Positions 47,459 to 54,519 of a DNA stretch of 54,835 bases are shown piece by piece. Source of the stretch: Clostridium sp. CAG:568. Lineage in GTDB: Bacteria > Bacillota_I > Bacilli_A > RFN20 > CAG-288. The notes beneath the pieces were generated by a model, which had not been told where the DNA came from, did no database searches, and saw only the letters and a program-made list of their open reading frames with translations. The stretch spans positions 1 to 54,835 of the forward strand of contig FR878802.1 of NCBI GenBank assembly GCA_000434395.1, in the 5' to 3' direction. A program made the translations under genes and the position numbers. Position 1 is the first letter of the stretch; the number at the start of each line of letters is the position of its first letter.

Positions 47459-48885
47459 TTGGACTTGACTTGCTCCGTGAAGCCGAAAACGGTATCGAAC
47501 GCCATCTCCTGTATAATCATCGATATGTTGTGGAAAGTGTTTGAGACGTAGTTATCTCCGAAGCTTTTGTTGAAAATGTCGATAACGCTTTCTAAATCCG
47601 TGCATTCAGATTTGATTGAGTCTATGAACCCCTCGGCATCCTTGCTTGAGAGAACCAGAAAACTATATTGCTTCAAATTCATTCCTTTAGGAAGGGTTGA
47701 ATACTCCTTCTTTAGGATTTCAAGCGTGTCCAATAACAGGAAAAGATGCCCCTTAGAGGTAAGGCTTTCATTTGATGTAGGATGAATCATTGCACTAAGG
47801 ATTGAGTATCGCTTTTCCCATTCATCTCCAAGATTGTCTTTTACCACTTTTTGGAATGACAATTTTGGATTGCAGGCGAAGGGGAGTGGAGAGCTAGCTA
47901 TCTTCTTCAAATCGGCTTTGCTTATGTCCGGGAATGCGGCTTGGAAAAAGTCTAAAGCCTCGTTGAATTTGTCTTTGATATCGTCCGGTATGATGCTTGA
48001 ATCATAGCATTCTTGGAATTTCCTATATTGCTTGTACTCGATGATGGGAACCTGGTTCTTTATGAGGTCGAGGCTGATGTTCTCAAAATATCCGTTTTTG
48101 CAGGCCGTTTTCATTGCCAGCCCTTCGATGATGCATCTCACATTTAAGAAGATGCCGGGAGATTCGATGTACTCGTAATAGAAATTCTTGAGGAAGCTCA
48201 TCGCATGGGACGTGATGTAAAAATCGAAAATCTCGTCATAGGATGGCGAATATCCCTTCTTGTTGCATTTCTCAAGAAGAACGTTGTTGTATGGGAAGAC
48301 TTTTCCGAAAAGGGCGTTCACATCCGATAGGGTTTTCTCAAGAATGTCCTGGCTTTTGTTTCCGTCATCGTTTTTTCTCAGTACGAAGTAGCTATCAGCA
48401 AGATTTTGTTCCAGCCACTTTCTCGTCATGTAGACTTTTGAGTATTTTGCAATGTCGCACAAAACTCTTATCAAATTGATATCAGGGCAGTCATGAAGGT
48501 AATCGTAAAGATTCTTGCTGTATGCATAAGCGGCTTGCTGGCCTAAGCCGTCGTAACTGATGCCATAGCTAATGTCAACCTCTTTGCCTGTTCTGGAATC
48601 TATCGAACCGTAAACTGGTCCTTTAGCCATCTCTTCAATGAATGGCATCGAAATCGCCAAGTCGTATATTTTGCCGTCAATCACCAGCCAGGAATGGTCG
48701 AATGGCTGGAAGCCTTTCTGTTCGCATTCTCCGATGCATGGCGTTGCGTCGATTCCGATTTTCTTTGCAAAGGCATACATCATCGCAGTAGTGGCATGGC
48801 AGGCTCCGTACCAATTATTTTTCCTCATGAATGACAAAAGGTTGTCGCAGAATTGGATGAATAGGTTCTTTTGCTCATCGTTCAT
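47440..48885 (-). CDS. transglutaminase-like (papain-fold) cysteine peptidase domain fused to a large unassigned helical domain
   Basis: Ordered Cys-His-Asp pattern YGACHATTAMMYAFAKKIGIDATPCIG ... FDHSWLVIDGKIYDLA in the first ~80 aa. The start overlaps the upstream stop (ATGA). Confidence 0.65.
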   Translation of the reverse strand: MNDEQKNLFIQFCDNLLSFMRKNNWYGACHATTAMMYAFAKKIGIDATPCIGECEQKGFQPFDHSWLVIDGKIYDLAISMPFIEEMAKGPVYGSIDSRTGKEVDISYGISYDGLGQQAAYAYSKNLYDYLHDCPDINLIRVLCDIAKYSKVYMTRKWLEQNLADSYFVLRKNDDGNKSQDILEKTLSDVNALFGKVFPYNNVLLEKCNKKGYSPSYDEIFDFYITSHAMSFLKNFYYEYIESPGIFLNVRCIIEGLAMKTACKNGYFENISLDLIKNQVPIIEYKQYRKFQECYDSSIIPDDIKDKFNEALDFFQAAFPDISKADLKKIASSPLPFACNPKLSFQKVVKDNLGDEWEKRYSILSAMIHPTSNESLTSKGHLFLLLDTLEILKKEYSTLPKGMNLKQYSFLVLSSKDAEGFIDSIKSECTDLESVIDIFNKSFGDNYVSNTFHNISMIIQEMAFDTVFGFTEQVKSKCGRFS

Positions 48886-49169
48886 CTTTTCGTTCCCTCA
48901 CCTTTCATTCCATCGAGATAGGCATTGAGCTCTTTAAGCTGGCTTTTGCTCAGCCTGTTGATCTTCTCTTCGATGGATTCCTTTCTTGTTTTGGCCTCCG
49001 GTGGGGTGGTCTTTGCCAGCAGTATCTTGTCAGCGTTGATTTCTACGCTGACATACTCTCCTATATGGAAGCCTGCTTCTTCGAGCCATTTTCCTTTCAA
49101 AAGTATTGTAGGGACGGAAGTGTAGTTTCCTCCTCCCATCGATTGGTCATATATCTTTAGCTTTCTCAT
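48882..49169 (-). CDS. SymE-family / AbrB-fold (SpoVT-MazE-like) small protein
   Basis: VPTILLKGKWLEEAGFHIGEYVSVEINADKILLAKT matches the SymE/AbrB-fold signature as I remember it. Strong GGAGGAAG RBS. Confidence 0.7.
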   Translation of the reverse strand: MRKLKIYDQSMGGGNYTSVPTILLKGKWLEEAGFHIGEYVSVEINADKILLAKTTPPEAKTRKESIEEKINRLSKSQLKELNAYLDGMKGEGTKR

Positions 49170-49184
49170 ATGTAGCTTCCTCCT

Positions 49185-49236
49185 TCACTTTTATTATAAC
49201 TTATCGTTAATAAAATCTTAACGATTATGAAGTGAA
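49185..49236. promoter_or_regulatory. nested inverted repeat in the divergent promoter region (candidate operator)
   Basis: ATCGTTAA-N7-TTAACGAT (49203..49225), flanked by TTCACTT (49185..49191) and AAGTGAA (49230..49236). Confidence 0.35.
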
Positions 49237-49305
49237 AAGCAGCATCGGTTTAAAAGCTTTTTAAAATTTACATTGAAGAAAAAGAATCGATGTCATCTAG
49301 AAAAT

Positions 49306-49334
49306 TTCACAAATCTACATTGGTGTGGTAAAAT
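49306..49334 (+). promoter_or_regulatory. candidate promoter for 49362..52320
   Basis: TTCACA, 17-nt spacer, TAAAAT, with an extended -10 TG. Confidence 0.4.
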
Positions 49335-49361
49335 CATGTCAGTTGAAACGAGAAAGAGAAA

Positions 49362-50003
49362 ATGGCCAAGAAAAGTTTGATCAATGGAATGAAGTCAAAA
49401 TTCCTCGGGGGGTTACTATTTCTAAGTAACATCTCTCTTGTTTCAGTTAGCTTCTCTGCTTGGTCAATCGGGATGGTTGGAAGTGCCGAAGCCGAAATTC
49501 ACGTAGAAGCCGCCGATCTAACGTATGCCATTAATTTCAAATCTCTTGATTCTGGATATAGTTTTTGTAAATACGGATTTGTGAATTCCGATGGGCAAAT
49601 ATTTGATTCGGCAACATATGCTTTCTGCTTTTCGATGAATCAAATGGCGCTAAAGTCATTGGGATATTTTGATGACAATGTTTTGAACTTCAATTTGAAG
49701 ATAGTGAACGATTTACCATCTTCCAAATTTATAACCCTTTTCCAAAAAGGCTATTTCAGTGCAAAGGCATCGTTGCAATACAATTCAATTACAGGGAACG
49801 ATTATGCGTTAAGCTCGGCTTCCTCTAAATTGGCAGGGGAGATTCCGCTTACCAATCTGACCACAAACGATCAGGAGGATTTATTCGTTAATCTGTCTTT
49901 TGCTGTGAATTCAAACTCCTTAGCGTCTATTGCGACTTATTTTGATTCTTTTACATCATCTCCGAATCTCTCATTCAGTGTTTCTTTGGGGGTTATAAGC
50001 TAA
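49362..50003 (+). CDS. secreted or membrane-anchored protein, function unknown
   Basis: N-terminal hydrophobic segment LGGLLFLSNISLVSVSFSAWSIGMVG. 213 aa. Confidence 0.65.
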   Translation: MAKKSLINGMKSKFLGGLLFLSNISLVSVSFSAWSIGMVGSAEAEIHVEAADLTYAINFKSLDSGYSFCKYGFVNSDGQIFDSATYAFCFSMNQMALKSLGYFDDNVLNFNLKIVNDLPSSKFITLFQKGYFSAKASLQYNSITGNDYALSSASSKLAGEIPLTNLTTNDQEDLFVNLSFAVNSNSLASIATYFDSFTSSPNLSFSVSLGVIS

Positions 50004-50004
50004 G

Positions 50005-52320
50005 ATGAAGAGGGCTTTGGCAATTTTCTTATCCTTTGTTTGCTCATTTATGCTTATTTCGTTTGGACTCTCTGATTGGATTCTGAACACCCCTGCCGTA
50101 GCGAAAGCCGATCCTTCTTTCGCCAGCGTTGGTGGGAAGATTGATAATTACACCTTCGACGGGAAGAATGAGTCATCTACGCCATATGCCAGCTTTACCA
50201 CTTTGGAAGGAGCCGTAAAAAACGCAAACGAGAAGGCGGCAACGACCAAAGTACATATGTATCTCACGATTGGATCCCATATTAACGTTAGAAATCAGAC
50301 GATTAAGCTGAACAGCGGCGTTTCCTTATACATGCCTTATTCAGAGAAGAAGTGCGACATTTCCGATAATAGCGAGATAAAGGCTCTTAGAGACGAATTC
50401 ATCGATATATCAGATCAGAATATTAAAAAATATAGGGTTAGCAGTTTTTCCTTATACTCCACGAATATAACAATTTCATCAGGAGCTGCCATATATATCG
50501 GAGGGCAATTCAGGCAAAAAGGAGTCTCTGGGTATTACTCTGAAATCGGTCTTAATAATACGTCTTCGATTACTGTCTCAGGCGAATTGTATTGCAATGG
50601 ATATATAAAGGAAATCAGCGCGAAGAATGTGGACAACGATGACGACGTATCCAATTATCGATTCAGCAACGAGTCAGATAAATTGAGGTATGTCAAGGTC
50701 CTTTCTGGCGGGTATTTGAAAACGCCGATGGCCTTCTATGATGCAGGCTCAATGGGTGAGCTTACCGGTTTGAACGGGAAAGACGTCTTCCCGATCAACG
50801 TTTTCGATTTCCCGTGCATCCAAACGTATTTCTCCATCGCCAGCGGGGCAAAATTCGAGGCGGCCGCAAGGATGTTCAAATCAAGTGGTGGGACGGAAAT
50901 ACCGATAAATGAGACATTGCTTATCATTTATAATGGCAAATCAAATAAGAAGAATCCATTTATCAAACTCACGAGCGGATACATCTCTTTTGAGTATTGC
51001 CCATTGCAGCCTGGGTACACCTCTTCGGATGCCTCGAAAACATACATGTGCATTAATGGAGCTGCTGATTTGGGCTATATATCCATCACTGTTAACGGGA
51101 CTGATATCACGACTAGCGGCAAATTCCTGCCGATGTCGTACAAAATGCAAGTTGTCATCGGCAAAGCTGGGAATTTCAACACCAATGGGTATGACATGAA
51201 ATTCATGGGAGGCTCATCTCTTACAGTTTGCGAGGGTGGGACGCTCAATCTAAAGAGCAAGCTAATCGGGTACAAAGCCAAATCCACGGCCGGGATAATA
51301 GACTATCCTCAAGCTTACGGAGATTCGAAATTCCTTGTGAATGGCAGCGTTGTGATGTCGAGTTCCGCCCAGCTTGGCGGTCATTTCACGACAAAAGAAG
51401 GAGCCGGCAATGCTAAAATGGATTTATCAAATGCCCCCCAGGATTCCTTAAAGGTCACGTCATACGAAGGCTTGACCAAAACAGGCATTTCCGTTTATGC
51501 GACCGGAGACTTTTTTGATAGCGACACGGATGCAAAGATTTCGTACCTTTTGAAGGGCGGCGTTGTCGTCTCGTCGGATCCGAATGAGAGAATGTGCTGG
51601 GCCGATGGTGGCAACCTTAATTCGTTCCTTTTAACAATAAGGGTAGATAACAGGAATAACTATGAGCACCCAGCCTTGGGATACAAAGTCTCCATGTTTA
51701 ACTCAAGCAACAAAGAGTCTTCACTAACACCGGAGGGTGTTTATGTGACGACGGATTCAGAGTTCCCAATTGAGAAGGGGCTGAAATTCAAGGTCGATTC
51801 GTTAGACAGAGCCGAAAAGACTGAGTTCACAAGTCAAAATGGAAGCAACTACACGTTCAGTAGCGGCACATCATTCACTATGGTAGGCGACATCGAGGTA
51901 ACCATATACCCTAGCGAAGGCGTGTTGGTAAGATTCAGCATTGATAACGAAAGTGGATCAGGCGGGTCTACGACAGTCATTTCCGAATCGGCCACTAGTG
52001 GCGGTACTTATTATCAAATAGGTACTTCTAGTGCTGGTTCTGCCGTTGATATTGCGGTCAAGAAGGGCGCCTATATTAAATATGAAGTTACTCAAGGCAA
52101 TGCAAAAGGAACAAAGTTGGGGAACCATTATTTGTTCAGCGGTTTAGTGACAATTCATGCTAATGACGATTCCTCAAAAAATAATGGGCAACAATTAACC
52201 ACCAAAATTAAGAATAAAACTTCTTTTTTCGGTTATATTCTTGCTGGAAGCACTAGCGTTTCGACTAATACTCATATAACGTCAAATTCAACAATCCATG
52301 CCTACATAGAGAAGAGGTAG
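50005..52320 (+). CDS. large secreted or anchored Gly/Ser/Thr-rich protein, probably beta-rich, function unknown
   Basis: N-terminal hydrophobic segment ALAIFLSFVCSFMLISFGLSDWIL. It starts 1 nt after the upstream stop. 771 aa. Confidence 0.7.
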   Translation: MKRALAIFLSFVCSFMLISFGLSDWILNTPAVAKADPSFASVGGKIDNYTFDGKNESSTPYASFTTLEGAVKNANEKAATTKVHMYLTIGSHINVRNQTIKLNSGVSLYMPYSEKKCDISDNSEIKALRDEFIDISDQNIKKYRVSSFSLYSTNITISSGAAIYIGGQFRQKGVSGYYSEIGLNNTSSITVSGELYCNGYIKEISAKNVDNDDDVSNYRFSNESDKLRYVKVLSGGYLKTPMAFYDAGSMGELTGLNGKDVFPINVFDFPCIQTYFSIASGAKFEAAARMFKSSGGTEIPINETLLIIYNGKSNKKNPFIKLTSGYISFEYCPLQPGYTSSDASKTYMCINGAADLGYISITVNGTDITTSGKFLPMSYKMQVVIGKAGNFNTNGYDMKFMGGSSLTVCEGGTLNLKSKLIGYKAKSTAGIIDYPQAYGDSKFLVNGSVVMSSSAQLGGHFTTKEGAGNAKMDLSNAPQDSLKVTSYEGLTKTGISVYATGDFFDSDTDAKISYLLKGGVVVSSDPNERMCWADGGNLNSFLLTIRVDNRNNYEHPALGYKVSMFNSSNKESSLTPEGVYVTTDSEFPIEKGLKFKVDSLDRAEKTEFTSQNGSNYTFSSGTSFTMVGDIEVTIYPSEGVLVRFSIDNESGSGGSTTVISESATSGGTYYQIGTSSAGSAVDIAVKKGAYIKYEVTQGNAKGTKLGNHYLFSGLVTIHANDDSSKNNGQQLTTKIKNKTSFFGYILAGSTSVSTNTHITSNSTIHAYIEKR

Positions 52321-52358
52321 CTATGAAATTGCATATTTGAATGTTTCCTCACACTATT

Positions 52359-52509
52359 GACGTTGATTATAACTTCCAGTAGACCTGTCGAAAAATGCTA
52401 CCAGTTGATATGTTCCTTCTATGCGGTTCATCGTATGTATGGTCATGTTCCTTACGTTCAAACTATGCATGTTGAGACGGTGGTGTTGCTAAGTCGTAAA
52501 AACGGCTAA
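52359..52509 (+). pseudogene. decayed duplicate of the rlmD 3' end
   Basis: DVDYNFQ*...PVDMF... then, in another frame, MHVETVVLLSRKNG*. Compare the intact C-terminus DYSIISVQGVDMFPTSHHVETVVLLSKKNG*. Confidence 0.65.
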
Positions 52510-52750
52510 AAAAGGCAAAAAATCGACAAAATTTGAAGGATTTCCTTCTTTCTAAAAATGAGGGAAATCCTCTTTTTTATTACAAAAATGCCTCAAATCG
52601 CGGTAAACCGGTAAAAAGCAGGACTTTACTCGTATGGGGAAATAGGTCAACTTCAAAAATGAACACCCATCCTACCTAGTATCGATATGGGGATAATTGG
52701 ATTGTATGTTTACACGATGGAGGAAATAGGTGAAAAAACTTGTTTATGGG
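52443..52750 (+). repeat. right copy of the ~300-nt direct repeat
   Basis: See 46316..46618. The core 52601..52695 shows about 6 mismatches in 95 nt against the left copy (manual alignment). Confidence 0.8.
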
Positions 52751-53001
52751 CTTTTATTGAAATCCGTCGTTTCCTCATTTTTTGTGTTTTCAGAGTAGAC
52801 TGCAACTACACAGACAACATGGAAAACAGGTTGTGGGTCGAAAAATAGGCAAAAACATGGGTATAGTTTGATTGCGGGGCGAAAAACAAATAGGTTTGTT
52901 GATTGTGCGAGTTTCAATAAAAGATATTTGCTCGTGCGTTTTATTAATCTTTTTAGGCTTTGCACGAAATACATTTCTCGATTTTATGTTTCGTTTCGAC
53001 T

Positions 53002-53049
53002 TGAACCAATGAATGAACCAATGATTGAACTAATAAGTGAACCAATCTG
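53002..53049 (+). repeat. four tandem 12-nt units TGAACCAATnnn (iteron/operator-like)
   Basis: TGAACCAATGAA TGAACCAATGAT TGAACTAATAAG TGAACCAATCTG. They lie 44 nt upstream of the ATG at 53093. Confidence 0.7.
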
Positions 53050-53092
53050 GACTTTAAAGTATACTATTATTACTATTGGATAGGGGATATAT

Positions 53093-53335
53093 ATGAATTT
53101 AGGAAAAGAAAGTTAAACGATTGAATTCAAGGAATCTACAAGTGAATTAAAAGAAGGAATACGATCTATTGCTTCTATGTTGAATAAAAATCAGCATTGC
53201 GTGCTTTACTTTGGCGTTAATGACAATGGGGATGTGATTGGCCAGCAAATTGGAAACCGAACACTTCATGATGTTTCTCAGGCAATTTCAGTCAACATCG
53301 AACCTTGTGAAACTCAAGAAACTCGGACTTATTGA
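53093..53335 (+). pseudogene. AlbA_2 (Schlafen-like) domain gene fragment with an in-frame TAA
   Basis: MNLGKES*TIEFKESTSELKEGIRSIASMLNKNQHCVLYFGVNDNGDVIG. The frame is lost after ~80 aa. A wHTH-like tail (LKKLGLIEKAG) follows in another frame. Confidence 0.55.
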
Positions 53336-53492
53336 AAAAGCTGGAAAGGCTGATATGAGAAAATACATAGTTGGGATGATAGAAGTGGTCATTTCAAACC
53401 AAATATAAAATCAATGAAATATGCAGATGAAGCCTTTGGAAAACTTCCGAAGGAACTGTTCACAAAGAATTCAAAGAAAGGAAACAAATAAA

Positions 53493-53870
53493 ATGGATAA
53501 CTTGATTGGTAAATACGGTTCCACCCTCTGGGAACCGCCCATAGACGAAGAGGATGCCAAGTGGTACAACGGTGGGAAAGAAGCTCAGGGCCACCAAGGC
53601 CTCGTTGGGAAAGTCATCAAGGATGATGGCGATATCCTGACCATGTTTTGCCAAGGAAGGACGATGCGTTTCTTCAAGAAAGACTTTAAAGCCTATCAGG
53701 AACCGGAATTCGAGTGGGGCGACAAAGTCCTGATTCTCGACAAGAACCTGGAAGGTACAATCTGCCATTTCACCTGGCACTTTAAGAACAAAGAGTACTT
53801 CTATTTTGTCGAAGTCAATGGCAAGAGACTGAAGAAGCGATATTACAGGACGGATTTGAAAAAGCTATGA
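53493..53870 (+). CDS. small hypothetical protein, upstream partner of kptA
   Basis: The ATG at 53493 follows AAAGGAAA. 125 aa. The stop overlaps the kptA start (ATGA). No motif recognised. Confidence 0.6.
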   Translation: MDNLIGKYGSTLWEPPIDEEDAKWYNGGKEAQGHQGLVGKVIKDDGDILTMFCQGRTMRFFKKDFKAYQEPEFEWGDKVLILDKNLEGTICHFTWHFKNKEYFYFVEVNGKRLKKRYYRTDLKKL

Positions 53871-54412
53871 ACTACCTAGAACTCAGCAAAGAAGTCTCCT
53901 ATGCCCTGCGCCACGCCCCATGGGAATATGAGCTCGAGATGGACGAAGAGGGATTCGTCCCGATAGCGCAACTTCTCGCCGCCCTCGATGAGACCGGGCA
54001 TTATGAGAGGAAGATTACAATCGAGGACCTCCATTATATGATGGAAGCCAGCGACAAGAAGCGCCATGAAATCGTCGGTGACAAGATCAGAGCTCTTTAC
54101 GGCCATTCCGTCCCTAACAAAATCCAAAAAGAAAAAGCTACTCCACCTGATGTCTTATATCATGGCACGGCTCATAAATTTATAGATTCCATTATGAAAA
54201 GCGGGTTAATCCCTAAAGGCAGGCAATATGTTCATTTGTCTATGGACACAGAAACTGCTCTTATCGTTGGCAAAAGAAGAGATAATAATCCTGTCTTGCT
54301 AGAAATTAATGCAAAACAGGCTTATGCAGGTGGTGTTTCTTTCTATATCGGCAATGATAAGGTATGGCTTAGCGATAATATACCGTCGAAATATATCAAG
54401 ATAAAATATTAA
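53867..54412 (+). CDS. kptA: RNA 2'-phosphotransferase, Tpt1/KptA family
   Basis: LSKEVSYALRHAP, KKRHEI..DKIRALYGHS, LYHGT and RQYVHLS. These are the Arg-His-Arg-Arg tetrad contexts of Tpt1. Confidence 0.85.
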   Translation: MNYLELSKEVSYALRHAPWEYELEMDEEGFVPIAQLLAALDETGHYERKITIEDLHYMMEASDKKRHEIVGDKIRALYGHSVPNKIQKEKATPPDVLYHGTAHKFIDSIMKSGLIPKGRQYVHLSMDTETALIVGKRRDNNPVLLEINAKQAYAGGVSFYIGNDKVWLSDNIPSKYIKIKY

Positions 54413-54432
54413 TATCATCAAAATAGAAGCGT

Positions 54433-54497
54433 TCTTCTACTACCAAAACTCAATTTTAATGATAATTTTGGTAGTAGAAGATGTTTTATGTTTTTTG
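54433..54497 (+). terminator. long hairpin plus T-rich tract after kptA
   Basis: CTTCTACTACCAAAA-17 nt-TTTTGGTAGTAGAAG, followed by ATGTTTTATGTTTTTT. Confidence 0.5.
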
Positions 54498-54519
54498 AAA
54501 TGGCAAAAATAATGGCTAA

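Larger units (their letters stand above)
46619..52358. mobile_element. putative integrated island / cargo segment at the rlmD 3' end (no recombinase seen in the window)
   Basis: Bounded by the direct repeats. Hand-counted 60-nt lines give about 47-48% GC, against 23-33% in backbone lines. Confidence 0.5.

Noticed and set aside
47440-47900. HEPN-like R-x-H motif in the C-terminal region of the 481-aa protein (KRYSILSAMIHPT)
   Set aside because: The Arg-His spacing is 8 residues rather than the 4-6 of the HEPN Rx4-6H motif, and there is no other support.
46814-48885. Idea that the 481-aa and 214-aa genes are one frameshifted gene
   Set aside because: The downstream frame is closed by a TAA 31 codons upstream of its ATG, and that ATG is the first in the frame. 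A short programmed overlap (19 nt) is the simpler reading. A sequencing-error frameshift cannot be excluded without reads.
50736-51416. Cluster of 62-96-aa ORFs in other frames within the 771-aa gene
   Set aside because: This is the expected by-product of the higher GC content of the island. All of them are nested in a long ORF with a signal sequence and tight coupling to its upstream partner.
52744-53083. ORFs 52744..52974 (-) and 52868..53083 (+)
   Set aside because: They overlap each other and have no RBS. The plus-strand ORF runs through the 12-nt tandem repeats. They are most likely non-coding.
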